A DNA stretch of 64,000 nucleotides, from NCBI GenBank assembly GCA_963827655.1, contig CAWHCF010000020.1, positions 32,001-96,000 on the forward strand. The letters are read 5' to 3'. Source of the DNA: an uncultured Acidobacteriota bacterium (GTDB lineage Bacteria; Acidobacteriota; UBA6911). The notes below the pieces were generated by a model that was not told the origin of the DNA, did not search any database, and saw only the letters and a list, made by a program, of their open reading frames with translations. The translations under genes were made by a program, and so were the position numbers. Shown in pieces: positions 1 to 10,157 of the stretch (positions within the stretch are counted from its first letter, which is position 1; every line of letters begins with the position of its first letter).

Positions 1-162
1 TCCGCAAGCCTTGCAGGCAAGACGACGAAGATCGCCGGTCCGCTTGTGACCGTGCGGCTCGACCCCGGCTGCGGCGCGCGCATCGAATTTCAAATGAGCC
101 GCTACCGCAACCAGCCCACCCTGGCCCAGCCGTGGGACCGAGCCGCGGCGGTGAAAAATTGA
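1..162 (+). CDS. 3' end of a hypothetical protein (partial, runs off the window)
   Basis: Frame 1 is open from base 1: ...VTVRLDPGCGARIEFQMSRYRNQPTLAQPWDRAAAVKN, stop TGA at 160-162. Confidence 0.6.
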   Translation, partial: SASLAGKTTKIAGPLVTVRLDPGCGARIEFQMSRYRNQPTLAQPWDRAAAVKN

Positions 163-173
163 GTTCCCGTCGC

Positions 174-404
174 ACCACGAAGACTCGAAGACACCAAGAA
201 ACGCGAAGCTAAGAATATCTTGGTGGTGCCTTAGACCGTCTGGTATCCCGTGTCTTGCGGCACCCTTCGCTTGGCGTTTCTTAGGCGCTTAGCGAAGCGT
301 TCAAACTAACATGTCGTCGTTTGCAAGGGCCTTTCGTTCGGGGCGAATTTCAGTCCTTGTGCCATGCTTTGCGTTTCTTAGAGTCTTCGGTCTTCGTGGT
401 TAGC
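174..404. repeat. Inverted pair of ACCACGAAGAC(A/T)CGAAG-type repeats (family A)
   Basis: accacgaagactcgaagacaccaagaaacgc at 174 and gcgtttcttagagtcttcggtcttcgtggttagc at 371-404, between convergent genes. Confidence 0.75.
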
Positions 405-414
405 AATATTGCCG

Positions 415-1566
415 TCAATAGGATTTCGGCAGCTCCAGCGAGTGCTGCGCCACAAAATTAAGGATCATCTCGCGGGAGATCGGGGCAAGACGGAAGAGCC
501 GGGTCACTCCCCAGAGATCCGCAAGCCCGTACTCCGTGGCCAGGCCGTTTCCACCGTGGGTCTGAATCGCCCGGTCCAGCGCGAAATCGGCGGCTTCGGC
601 AGCCGCGAACTTCGCCATGTTCGCCGCCTCGCCGGCGTCCGTGCCGTTGTCGTACAGCCAGGCTGCCTTCGCCGTCATGAGACGCGCCAGCTCCACCTCG
701 ATCTTGGCCTCAGCGAGCGGATGGGAGATTCCCTGGTGCGCTCCGATCGGCACGCTCCAGACCGAACGCTCGCGCGCGTACGCGGCAGCCTTGTCCAGCG
801 CGTAGAGACCGACGCCGTTCATTATGGCGGCGCTCGTGATTCGCTCCGGATTGAGTCCGCTGAAAACCTGCCGGAAGCCGTCGCCGGGGGTTCCAACCAG
901 GCGGTCCGCGCCGACGTACACGTCATCGAAAAAGAGCATGAACTGCTTTTCAGTCGCCACGATCTCCATCGGGATCGCGTTCTTCGTCAAGCCCTCGGCA
1001 TCGGTGTCAACGATGAAGAGCGACAGCTCGGCTCGTCCCCGCGGGTCGGTCCCGGTACGTGCCACGACCAGAACCGCGTCGGATTGCTCCACGCCGGAGA
1101 TATAGTACTTCTGTCCCCGCAGCCGATACCCGGTTCCGTCCGGAGCTGCCCAGGTGGCGAGTTTGTGGGTGTTGGAGCCGGCGTCCGGCTCGGTGATTGC
1201 GAAAGCGATCCTGGTTTCCCCGGTCGCCATCGACGAGAGCCACTGCTTCTTCTGCTCGTCGCTGCCGTGACGGGAAAGGATCGAGGCGCAGATCGCGGGC
1301 GAGACGATGAGAAATATGTGAGGACAGCCCTGGTGCGCGATCTCTTCGCACACGAGCGCCAGCTCGCTGATACCCATTCCGGCGCCGCCATACTCCTCCG
1401 GGATGCTGGCCGAGAGAAAACCGCCGCGACCGAGCTCATTCCAGAGTTCGGCCATGCCGCCGCCGCTCCGAGCCTGCTCCTGGTAATAACGGTGGCCGTA
1501 TCTCGACCCGATCTCGCGCAGCGTTTCGCGCATCAGCGCATGTTCGGATGATTCCGAAAAGTCCAT
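415..1566 (-). CDS. Acyl-CoA dehydrogenase
   Basis: PEEYGGAG, FAITEPDAGS, GQKYYIS, LNPERI and QTHGGNG motifs; start MDFSES follows a GGAGG RBS. Confidence 0.93.
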   Translation of the reverse strand: MDFSESSEHALMRETLREIGSRYGHRYYQEQARSGGGMAELWNELGRGGFLSASIPEEYGGAGMGISELALVCEEIAHQGCPHIFLIVSPAICASILSRHGSDEQKKQWLSSMATGETRIAFAITEPDAGSNTHKLATWAAPDGTGYRLRGQKYYISGVEQSDAVLVVARTGTDPRGRAELSLFIVDTDAEGLTKNAIPMEIVATEKQFMLFFDDVYVGADRLVGTPGDGFRQVFSGLNPERITSAAIMNGVGLYALDKAAAYARERSVWSVPIGAHQGISHPLAEAKIEVELARLMTAKAAWLYDNGTDAGEAANMAKFAAAEAADFALDRAIQTHGGNGLATEYGLADLWGVTRLFRLAPISREMILNFVAQHSLELPKSY

Positions 1567-1612
1567 GGTTCCTCCAACTGCCGATTGAGACATTCTTCGC
1601 GTCGCAATGAGC

Positions 1613-2080
1613 TCACCGCGCCAGGCGATAGTGAAAATCCGTGATGCGGGCCTTGCGCCGGCGCGCCCAACCTAACTTGACTCTGGTCCCGACGGCGAGC
1701 CGCTGCGCCGCCTCGGCGATATTTGAGAGGTCGACCCCCTTCACGAAGTTCACCATTGCGGTGCTTGCTCCCTCCAGAGTGACATAGGCGATGGCATAAG
1801 GAGGGTCAGGGAGCCCGAGAAAAGGTTCGGTCGTGATGGTGAACGACTCGATGACGCCTCGCGGTCCGACGTCGACCCATTCTTCAGTGGCGAGGAAGCA
1901 TCGGTCGCAAAAGGCGCGGGGCGGCAGGATCACGCGCCGGCATTTCGGGCACCGGACGCCGCTGACGCGCTTCTCGTCACGCAGCCGGCGGAGGAATTCG
2001 CTGCCAGTGATGCCGGCGGCGTACTGGTACGAAATGTCCCAGCGGCCCGGAACCGTGAGAATATCCTGATTGGTGTCCAA
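1613..2080 (-). CDS. DUF35 Zn-ribbon/OB-fold protein (thiolase/aldolase partner)
   Basis: CPKC...PPRAFCDRC zinc ribbon followed by an OB fold (PPYAIAYV); directly downstream of the thiolase genes. Confidence 0.9.
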   Translation of the reverse strand: MDTNQDILTVPGRWDISYQYAAGITGSEFLRRLRDEKRVSGVRCPKCRRVILPPRAFCDRCFLATEEWVDVGPRGVIESFTITTEPFLGLPDPPYAIAYVTLEGASTAMVNFVKGVDLSNIAEAAQRLAVGTRVKLGWARRRKARITDFHYRLAR

Positions 2081-2171
2081 CGATCGACCTCCCTTGGTCT
2101 ATCCGTTCTTCCGTCTCATCGTGGTAGCTCCGAGATATTACTGCGAGCTAACCAGCAAGCTACATAAGACG

Positions 2172-3353
2172 CTAGGCATCAGAAGCGAGGACCATGCACG
2201 TATGAAACTGGAGTGAGCCGCCAACGCCAGTCGCGATGGCCAGGCGGGCGTTTGGCACCTGACGTTCTCCCGCCTGTCCCATGACCTGAAGAGCCGCTTC
2301 CGCGACTCTCACCAGCGCCGTCGCCGAGATCGGATTGGCGCACAAGGTTCCGCCCGAAGGATTGACCGGAAGGTCGCCGTTCATATCCCAGGCGCCCCGC
2401 TCGGTCAGCGCTCCCCCCTCCCCTTTGTCGCAGAATCCCAGGGCTTCGACCGCGGCGATCTCCGTGCAGGTGAAGGGGGCGTAGATTTCAGCGACCGAGA
2501 CCTCCCGGCGGGGGTCTTGGACACCCGCCATCGTATAAGCGCGCCGCGCCGCCAGCGCGAGGTCGTCCCAGTCAGCATAGTCGACCTCGCAGTGTGGACC
2601 CATCCGGTCTCCCATGTAGTATGTGTTGGTGCAGCCAGCGAATCCTCGCACCCATGCGGGCCGCGTAGATTTCCGCAACGCCACATCCTCCGAGGCCAGG
2701 ACGATCGCACACGCTCCGCTGGAGCGCGGGCAGCAGTCCGCCAGCTTCAGCGGGTAGCAGATGTAGCGCGACGCCAGGGCTTCTTCCAACCCGATGGGCT
2801 TGCGCAGATGTGCCAGCGGGTTCCTCACTCCATTGGCCCGGCTGCGCACGGCGACCGTGGCGAACTGTCTCTCGGTCGTCTTGTACTTGTGCATGTGCCG
2901 CACGGCCTGAAAGGAACACATGTTGATGGCATTGAGCGCGAAATCCTTCTCGTAGAACGGGTCCCACGGAGCGTTCAGTACCTTCTGCGCGTCCGGCGAT
3001 TCAGCGACTTTGTCAGCGCAGACGACCAGCACGGTTTGAAACATGCCGGAGGCGATGTGGTAGCAGCCTGCCTGAGCGGCCGATCCGCCGGTTGCCCCCC
3101 CGGTATTGACCCGGAAGTAGGGCTTCCCGGCGGCGCCGACCGACGCTGCCGCCCATTTTTCAGCTTCGTTGACACCGACGAGCGCAGACGGAGCGAGGCC
3201 GAGCACCACGGCCTCGATCTCATCCACCGACATGCCGGCGTGCTCCAGGGCGCTCCGGACCGCGGTTTGGGCCAGCTCGGCCCAGGTCAACTCCGGCGTC
3301 TGGAAGCGGTAGGGCGTCTGGCCCACGCCGATGATGGCGGTGCGAACCGTCAT
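2172..3353 (-). CDS. SCP-x/thiolase-superfamily protein, Ltp3-like (no nucleophilic Cys)
   Basis: AIIGVGQT, GKPYFRVNTGGATGGS, RNPLAHL, AEIYAPF, VNPSGG, QVPNAR; start MTVR overlaps the upstream stop. Confidence 0.88.
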   Translation of the reverse strand: MTVRTAIIGVGQTPYRFQTPELTWAELAQTAVRSALEHAGMSVDEIEAVVLGLAPSALVGVNEAEKWAAASVGAAGKPYFRVNTGGATGGSAAQAGCYHIASGMFQTVLVVCADKVAESPDAQKVLNAPWDPFYEKDFALNAINMCSFQAVRHMHKYKTTERQFATVAVRSRANGVRNPLAHLRKPIGLEEALASRYICYPLKLADCCPRSSGACAIVLASEDVALRKSTRPAWVRGFAGCTNTYYMGDRMGPHCEVDYADWDDLALAARRAYTMAGVQDPRREVSVAEIYAPFTCTEIAAVEALGFCDKGEGGALTERGAWDMNGDLPVNPSGGTLCANPISATALVRVAEAALQVMGQAGERQVPNARLAIATGVGGSLQFHTCMVLASDA

Positions 3354-4528
3354 CCCCTGTCTCCCTGCGCTTCGCTTGACAGAATGAAGAGAGAATGGCT
3401 CTGCCCGGCGTACCCGGTGCAGCCGTGAGCCAGGGCCGTTCTCGCGCCTGCGACCTGGCGTCCTTCGGCCCGGCCCTGAAGTTGAAGGCACGCTTCGGCC
3501 ACGCGCGTCAGGCCGGCCGACGACACCGGATAGGCGGAGAGGCAGCCACCGGACGGGTTCACGGGAAGCTTTCCACCCATCGCCGTGAAGCCGCTGCGCG
3601 CGAGTTCGCCCGCTTCTCCGGGCTTGCAGAACCCGAGTGCCTCGCAGGCCAGCAGCTCGTGATAGGCTGTGACGTCGCATACCTCGGCCAGGTCCAGATC
3701 ATGAGCCGGATCGCCGATGCCCGCCTGCTCATAGGCGCGGCGCGCCGCCGCTTCGAGCGCGCCGAATCGCCACAGGTCCCTCTCGCCAAGATAGTAGGAC
3801 TCCGAGCACCAACCTATCCCCCGCAGAAACACGGGCCGGACGTCGAGGTCGCGGGCACGCTCCGCCGTGGTCAACACCAGGGCGCAGGCGCCGTCGGCTT
3901 CGGGCGCGATTTCCAGTTTCCGGAGCGGATGAGCGATAACCGGCGAAGCGAGGACCTCATCGATTTCGACGGAGTGAACCCCGTCCAGAAGAGGATTGCT
4001 GGAACCGTGGGTGCGGTTCTTCACCGACACGCGGGCGGCAGCTTCTTCCACCGCGGGGTACCTGTGGCGGTAAGCGCCGGCCATGAGTGCGGACGCGATG
4101 ATATGGTTCAACCCGAATGGCCGGTGATAAAAAGGATCGGAGGCCAGGTTCTGGCCCTCCTGATAGGGAGACTCCGACGGCTTCGACCAGGCCGCCACGA
4201 GACTGGTCTGGAAGTGGCCGGTCATCAGGCGCAGGGCCGCCGCGATCAGGGCGAAGGATCCTTCGTCCGCCGTCTTGATCTCATCATTCAGGTAGGCGCC
4301 CGCGGCATTGGCAGTCAGCATGCTCGAAATGCAGCGCCCGTCGACGAAGTCGGAGGCCGCGATCGCGATGCTGTCCACCTGGTCGCGCGCGATGCCGGCG
4401 TCCTTCAGGGCGGTGGCGCAAGTCTCGAAGATCAGGTCCTCGAGGCGGCGCCCGGTGTGCCCGGCGGAGCGGTAGCTGCTCTGTGCCACACCCACAATCG
4501 CCAGCTGGGAAGTCAAAGCGCCAAGCAC
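3350..4528 (-). CDS. SCP-x/thiolase-superfamily protein, Ltp4-like
   Basis: AIVGVAQ, ASDFVDGR, DGACALVL, LPVNPSGG, ALAHG; no Cys at the usual nucleophile position. Confidence 0.85.
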   Translation of the reverse strand: MLGALTSQLAIVGVAQSSYRSAGHTGRRLEDLIFETCATALKDAGIARDQVDSIAIAASDFVDGRCISSMLTANAAGAYLNDEIKTADEGSFALIAAALRLMTGHFQTSLVAAWSKPSESPYQEGQNLASDPFYHRPFGLNHIIASALMAGAYRHRYPAVEEAAARVSVKNRTHGSSNPLLDGVHSVEIDEVLASPVIAHPLRKLEIAPEADGACALVLTTAERARDLDVRPVFLRGIGWCSESYYLGERDLWRFGALEAAARRAYEQAGIGDPAHDLDLAEVCDVTAYHELLACEALGFCKPGEAGELARSGFTAMGGKLPVNPSGGCLSAYPVSSAGLTRVAEACLQLQGRAEGRQVAGARTALAHGCTGYAGQSHSLFILSSEAQGDRG

Positions 4529-4599
4529 TCCAGTTTTTCAAGCCCTATACAGTGACCTTGCATTCTGCCACGAATTCGCCAATTCTGTCTTCGCGTTTC

Positions 4600-4635
4600 T
4601 ACCACGAAGGCGCGAAGACACGAAGAAACACCAAG
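4600..4635. repeat. Family A repeat
   Basis: accacgaaggcgcgaagacacgaagaaacaccaag. Confidence 0.7.
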
Positions 4636-4662
4636 ATCACCGCAAACAGAAGGAGGCAAGGC

Positions 4663-6279
4663 ATGAACCTGGCGTGGTGGCTGGAAACGGGGGCGTGGGA
4701 ATACCCGGATAAGACGGCAATCATCAATCCCGACGGATCGGAGATCACCTATTCCGAGCTCAACCAGCTGTCCAATAGAATCGCAAACCTGCTGCGCGAC
4801 CGGTACGCTATCCGGCCGGACGACGTCGTGACCACGCTCGCCGGCGAGACGCACTGGCATGTCGCCATCATGTTCGGACTCTGGAAAATCGGCGCGGTGG
4901 TGTGCCCCTTGAATCGGACCCAGACCTATCCGAAGTTCGTCCAGGACATCCGCATCACAAGGGCGAAGCTGTTGATCGTGGAGCCGAAGTTCCTGGATGT
5001 GGCGATGCGGCTGTCGGCGGAGCGGGAGATCCCGAATGCCGTACTCCTGGGCGAGCAGAGCGATGCCTTCCCTGATTTCAAGACCCTGGTTCGGGACGCC
5101 GGCGATCAGATCCGCATGACTCCGCGAGCCAACGCGGATCTGGCAATCATCAACTTCACAACCGGCACCACGGGTCCCTCGAAGGGCGCGATGCTGCCGC
5201 ACGGGGCGCTCGTGACATCGTATCTTTCGGGCATGCACTGGGCCGGAATGAAGAGCTCCGAGCGCGGTCTCTGCCCGCTCTACCTGTTTCATGCCGGCGG
5301 CCTGAGCATTGTCCTGACCGGACTGGTGGCGCATTCGACCGTCATCATGATGGGAGAACCGTGGAACAGCGACCGGTTCATCGACCTTATGGAACGCTAC
5401 CGCCCGGACTGGGTGTTCATCATGGTTCCGGTAATGACCCGGGACCTGGGACGAAACCCTCGTTTCGCCGGCCTGGACTGCACCGGAGTGAGGCTGCATC
5501 TGGCGGGCGAGCCGGTCCATCCGGAGGTGCAGAAGTTGTGGGAGGACCGGGGCGCCCGAACCTTGATTCTCTACGGCATGACGGAAAGCATGGCGGTCTG
5601 CGTCACTTTGAACTCGTTCTACTACGGCGACGACAAATCGGTCGGGAAAGGTCTGGTCGGCAAGCCCAACCGCGAATTCGGCGACGTCAAGCTCATCGAT
5701 CCCCTCACCCATGAGGAAATAACCGAACCGGGGATCAGGGGGGAACTCTGCTTTCGAGGGGATGTCCTGACGCCCGGCTACTACAACGATCCGGCGCGAA
5801 CGCGCGAGTCGATCGACCCGGAGGGGTGGTTCCATACCTTCGACCTGGCAGTGCGCAATAGCGAGGGCTATTTCACCGTCGGCGGGCGCACGGACGATAT
5901 CATCTCAAGCGGTGGAGAAAAGCTCTCGCTCATCGAGGTGGAAAACGCGATTCTGCAGGCTCCGTTCGTAAAAGACGCGGCCTGTATCGGCGTGCCTCAC
6001 ACGCGCTTCGGACATTCGCCCGCCGCCATCGTCGCTCCGGCTGAAGACCTGGAGGAAAACGAGCTCATGAACCGGCTGGACGAATTCCTGAGGGAAAACC
6101 TCGAGCGATGGAAGCGACCGCGTCTCGTTATACGGGTTGATGAGGTCCCGCGCACCCTGGCCAAGCGGACGAAGATCTGGCCCAAGTTGCGAGAACTGAT
6201 CCAGGGAGTCGAACTCTCAGGGGAAGGCGTAACTACCCTGACAGCCTACCGCCGCGAGCATAGCCGATTGACGATTTGA
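4663..6279 (+). CDS. AMP-forming acyl-CoA synthetase
   Basis: FTTGTTGPSKG P-loop, YGMTE, GWFHTFD, GRTDDIISSGGE; AGGAGG RBS before MNLAWW. Confidence 0.92.
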   Translation: MNLAWWLETGAWEYPDKTAIINPDGSEITYSELNQLSNRIANLLRDRYAIRPDDVVTTLAGETHWHVAIMFGLWKIGAVVCPLNRTQTYPKFVQDIRITRAKLLIVEPKFLDVAMRLSAEREIPNAVLLGEQSDAFPDFKTLVRDAGDQIRMTPRANADLAIINFTTGTTGPSKGAMLPHGALVTSYLSGMHWAGMKSSERGLCPLYLFHAGGLSIVLTGLVAHSTVIMMGEPWNSDRFIDLMERYRPDWVFIMVPVMTRDLGRNPRFAGLDCTGVRLHLAGEPVHPEVQKLWEDRGARTLILYGMTESMAVCVTLNSFYYGDDKSVGKGLVGKPNREFGDVKLIDPLTHEEITEPGIRGELCFRGDVLTPGYYNDPARTRESIDPEGWFHTFDLAVRNSEGYFTVGGRTDDIISSGGEKLSLIEVENAILQAPFVKDAACIGVPHTRFGHSPAAIVAPAEDLEENELMNRLDEFLRENLERWKRPRLVIRVDEVPRTLAKRTKIWPKLRELIQGVELSGEGVTTLTAYRREHSRLTI

Positions 6280-6463
6280 CGATTGACGATTGACGATTGA
6301 AAAAACGACTGCGGGATGAGAACTTCCGACGCTCAAGATCTCCGGTCATGGCGGGCATGCATTCGACCGAATGAATCGGCATGGTCAGATCTTGCAGCGT
6401 CGGAGAGTTCTCATCTCGCAGTCGTTTTTCAATCGTCAATCGTCAATCGTAAATCGTCAATCG
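6265..6463. repeat. ~200-bp near-perfect palindrome with ATTGACG heptamer arms
   Basis: (gattgac)n...aaaaacgactgcgggatgagaact pairs with agttctcatctcgcagtcgttttt...(gtcaatc)n. Confidence 0.9.
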
Positions 6464-6510
6464 ATTTGACCTGGACCCAGGATGCGGCTTTTCATTACAC
6501 TTCCCGATAA

Positions 6511-6846
6511 ATGCCGGTCACCTTTCTCATACCGGGCCCCTTGCGTCCTTTCGCCGCCGGGAAAAGCCACATCGTCATTGAGCCGTCCCCGGCCACTCTG
6601 GCGGATGCTCTGGAAGCGCTGTGGAAGCGGTGTCCGGGTATTCGCGACCGTGTAGTAACCGAACAGGCTCAAATCCGGGAGCACATCAATGTATTCGTCG
6701 GCAACGAAGATGTCCGCTACACGGGAGGGCTTCAAACACCCCTACGCGATGGCGCGGAGATCTCGATTGTCCCGGCCATCAGCGGCGGATTGACTCGAGC
6801 CGTAACCTGGCGGTACTGCTACCGGACGGCGAAATCGCGCCGATAG
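6511..6846 (+). CDS. MoaD/ThiS ubiquitin-like sulfur carrier
   Basis: IPGPLR...INVFVGNEDVR...LRDGAEISIVPAISGG; the stop after GG was probably lost to a 1-nt insertion. Confidence 0.88.
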   Translation: MPVTFLIPGPLRPFAAGKSHIVIEPSPATLADALEALWKRCPGIRDRVVTEQAQIREHINVFVGNEDVRYTGGLQTPLRDGAEISIVPAISGGLTRAVTWRYCYRTAKSRR

Positions 6847-7673
6847 CGCTCGAGAAGTTGCTCCCTTGTTCCCTCGAAGAGGTAGATCTTCCCGCGGATT
6901 TCTCTGGATCCTCCCTGCGCCAGCGGGCCGATGTTGACGCTCAGATGCATGCAATCCCACGGATTGTGTCCCTGGGCCGAGAGGAACCGCTCCCACGCTA
7001 TGCCCGTGACCCACCTCCCGCTGGTCGATTCGCGGGCGATCAACCCGCCGGCGGCGTCGATTTCCGACTTGGGCCATTTTCCGGACCAAACGTATTTGCC
7101 CGCTCGATCGGCTTCGGCGTCCACGTCTGGTCGAAGCTTCCGGTTGAAATGAATCTCACGGGCCAGCAGGCGGCCGAGCCCATCAGCGCCGAGAAAAAAG
7201 GTCTTGGTATTGATGAAATCCTTGTTGCGGATCTCCGACGGCCCCGGATTGAAACACGGGATAATGGCCGCCAGCTGCGGCCACGCATGGTCCGACCGGT
7301 TGGTAACTTTCAAGATCATCTCGACAACACCCACCCCCGCTGTAGCCTCAAGACGAAGGCCGAGGGGCTCGGAGACGATAGTGCCGTTCGATCCGTCCGC
7401 GCTCAAGCTGACCTGGTTGCGATGAGTCCCTTGTGTGTGCTGCCCTTTTTGCATCGCCTCGAACATGTTCCACTCATAGAACCAGAGATACATCAGCATG
7501 TCCGGGTGTTCGGGCGGGTGGATGGCGATTCCACGGTCCCATTGAGAGAGTCGTACCAACGGGTCGCGCGCTTGCGTTGCCGTGGAAGCGGAGGCGAACA
7601 GGGCCAGCGCAAGCGTGAGGACGACGATGCCCGCGGATACGCCGCCCGAAGTCGGCGGCACTCCTCGAATCAT
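6819..7673 (-). CDS. Exported hypothetical protein
   Basis: Hydrophobic signal peptide; Trp-rich globular sequence ending CMHLSVNIGPL...RGKIYLF. Confidence 0.7.
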   Translation of the reverse strand: MIRGVPPTSGGVSAGIVVLTLALALFASASTATQARDPLVRLSQWDRGIAIHPPEHPDMLMYLWFYEWNMFEAMQKGQHTQGTHRNQVSLSADGSNGTIVSEPLGLRLEATAGVGVVEMILKVTNRSDHAWPQLAAIIPCFNPGPSEIRNKDFINTKTFFLGADGLGRLLAREIHFNRKLRPDVDAEADRAGKYVWSGKWPKSEIDAAGGLIARESTSGRWVTGIAWERFLSAQGHNPWDCMHLSVNIGPLAQGGSREIRGKIYLFEGTREQLLERYRRDFAVR

Positions 7674-7796
7674 GGGTTCTTGCGGTCTATACATTTGCAA
7701 CGTTGATTGGCCCTCTACTGGTGGAGTCTGGCGAAGCAAGCTTCGACATCAAGCGGCAGCGTCAAACGAGTGCAGCTCAAACCCGGCGCCTCGTAC

Positions 7797-8216
7797 CTAT
7801 GGCTCCTCCGAGCCGGGATATTCACCCATTGTTGATGCGCTGCTACCAAACTGGGTCAAGGAAAGCTTGTTCCCGTCGGGATCTCTAAACCATGCGACCT
7901 CGGAGCCGCCAGGGAAGCTGCAGATTCCCATATCGTCCTGAGGCAGGCCTTCGTATTGTTCGAAGGTGATGCCTTTTGCCCTGAGATCTGTGATTGCTTG
8001 CCTGACGTCGGGGACTTTCCAACCGAAAACCGTATGGCGGGCGGGGTTGACCATCTGGACCTTTGCGATTCGAAGCATCGTGCCGTTGGCGTCGAAAACC
8101 AGGGCAAATGGCTCGTCGGCCACGAGTCGCAGGCCGAGAATGTTTTCATAGAATTCCTTTGCTTTGGCCGGCTGAGCCGTTGCCACAAACGCGATCACCT
8201 CGCAGGAACCAAGCAT
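7797..8216 (-). CDS. VOC/glyoxalase family protein
   Basis: AKEFYENILGL and VAWFRDPDGNKLSL. Confidence 0.9.
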   Translation of the reverse strand: MLGSCEVIAFVATAQPAKAKEFYENILGLRLVADEPFALVFDANGTMLRIAKVQMVNPARHTVFGWKVPDVRQAITDLRAKGITFEQYEGLPQDDMGICSFPGGSEVAWFRDPDGNKLSLTQFGSSASTMGEYPGSEEP

Positions 8217-8452
8217 CGTCACCCCCGTTACCTCAAACGTACCATCGATCTTATGTGAATCAAAAAAGCAAGGAAGTACGCACTGCCACCGTCCGGCGTC
8301 ATATTCGCTCAGCCCTACCGGGGATTCAAGCCTGCATTTGCGACGGGCGGGTGCCCATGCCAGGCCAGGGCTCTCTCCTGATCGCGTCGCCTGGTCGGGG
8401 ACCATGGGCCGAGCGGGCGATTGTGTTATCGTATCGTCTCCGGAGGAATACC

Positions 8453-10157
8453 ATGAAAGTTCGAAAGCGCGGGGCATGGGCGATGCTCCTCTTATTGACT
8501 GCCAGGGCCTTCAGGGTCAACGGCCGGGCGGGAGGATATTGTCCACTCGTTCGGGTACATTTCCATGAAGGACGGCGCGCAGATCTCTTACACACTGCAT
8601 CGGCCGTCCGCCCAGGGACGCTTTCCCACTTTACTGGTCTACAACATGTATGACGCGTCGGCCGTCGCACCCAATTGGAACCAGACGGTGTCGACGGAAG
8701 TCTCCGACTACCTCGAGGAAGGATTCGCGGTCATGGGCGCAAACGTCCGGGGCACGGGCTGCTCCAGCGGGAGCCTCGACCCGCTCGATGCCGAGCAGGT
8801 CGGTAGGGACGGCGCCGAAGTGATCGAGTGGATTGCGCGCCAGCCATGGAGCGATGGTGCCGTCGGGATGTTCGGCCATTCCGGCTCGGGAATCACGCAA
8901 TTCTACGTTGCGGCCCGGAATCCCGCGCCGCTCAAGGCGGTCATCCCGGGCGCGGCCCCGGCTGATCTCTACCGGGATATCGGCTATCCCGGCGGACTGT
9001 TCAACTACACTTTCATGTATCAGTGGTCGGAACGGGCGCAACCGGCTCAGTCGGAGCATGCGGCCCGGGTCCACATTGAAAGCGGCGATAGGGACTGCGC
9101 GGAACGCGTCAGGAGCCGGCAACCCAATACAACATTCAAGGAGCTGACGAGCCGGCCCCTGGACGATGATTGGTACGCGAGGCATTCGGTCTACTCGGTG
9201 GCCTCGCGCATCAAGGTGCCTGCTTTCGTGGTTTTCGGCTGGCAGGACCAGAGCGTTCTCTCAAGCGCCATTCGCGTCTTCGATCAGCTGCAGGGACCGA
9301 AAAGAATGCTGCTGGCCGAGGAGGGGCACAACTTCTACATCCGCTCGATCGAGTTGCGGCGCGAAAAGATTCGCTTCTTTAACCGCTGGCTGAAAGGTGC
9401 GTCCCCGGGCGCTCCTGACGTCAAGCCGATCAAGATCTGGCTCAGCATGCGAGGCTCGATCGAGAGCATCCCGGATCGGGTCCTGCACGTGGACCGGCTC
9501 CCGGCGCCCGGCACGCGCTGGACCGAGCTGTTTCTTGCCAAAGGGAACAGCCTGCAGTCAGAGCCTCCGGGTGAGGGAGCGAGCGCCACGTATCTATATC
9601 CGTCCGGCTCGGCCTTCGTGTACGGAGGCGAGCGCTATCCGCATACGCCGTCCGAACTGGGCGGACTGACGTTCCGGACGAAACCTTTTCCACGAGAGAC
9701 CCTTCTGCTGGGACCCACCGTGGTCCGGCTCTACCTGGCTTCCACGCAGGAGGACACGTCGGTTTTCGCCGTCCTGAACGAAGTGGATCCCTCCGGCGGG
9801 AGAAGGTATTTGCAGCGCGGATATCTGAAAGCCTCGATGCGGGAACTCGACCCTCAGGCTTCCAGGCCGGGATCGCCCGTGTATCGGTTCAAGAAGAGCG
9901 TGCCGCTGCGGCCCGGCGAGGTGACGGCGCTCGAGATCGAGCTGCATCCGACCGGAAGCATCATCGAAGCGGGCAATGCGCTCGAGCTTCTTGTGATGGC
10001 GCCGATGATGGTTCCGGAGCCGTTCGGGCAGTGGGGATTCATGCCGCTCCCGATGGCTATCAACACAATTCACATGTCGCCCGAGTACCGTTCCCGTGTG
10101 CTCTTGCCGTTTGTCGATGAACAAATACCACCAAGAAACAACGGGATTGACGATTGA
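8453..10157 (+). CDS. CocE/NonD-family hydrolase (signal peptide in another frame, frameshift near 8520-8560)
   Basis: MKDGAQI, NVRGTGCSSG, EWIARQPWSDGAVGMFGHSGSG and a C-terminal PepX/CocE domain. Confidence 0.87.

Noticed and set aside
409-4555. Long antisense ORFs (409-1551, 2517-3428, 3395-4555 and similar ones elsewhere)
   Set aside because: Shadow ORFs of GC-rich genes that have clear motifs on the opposite strand
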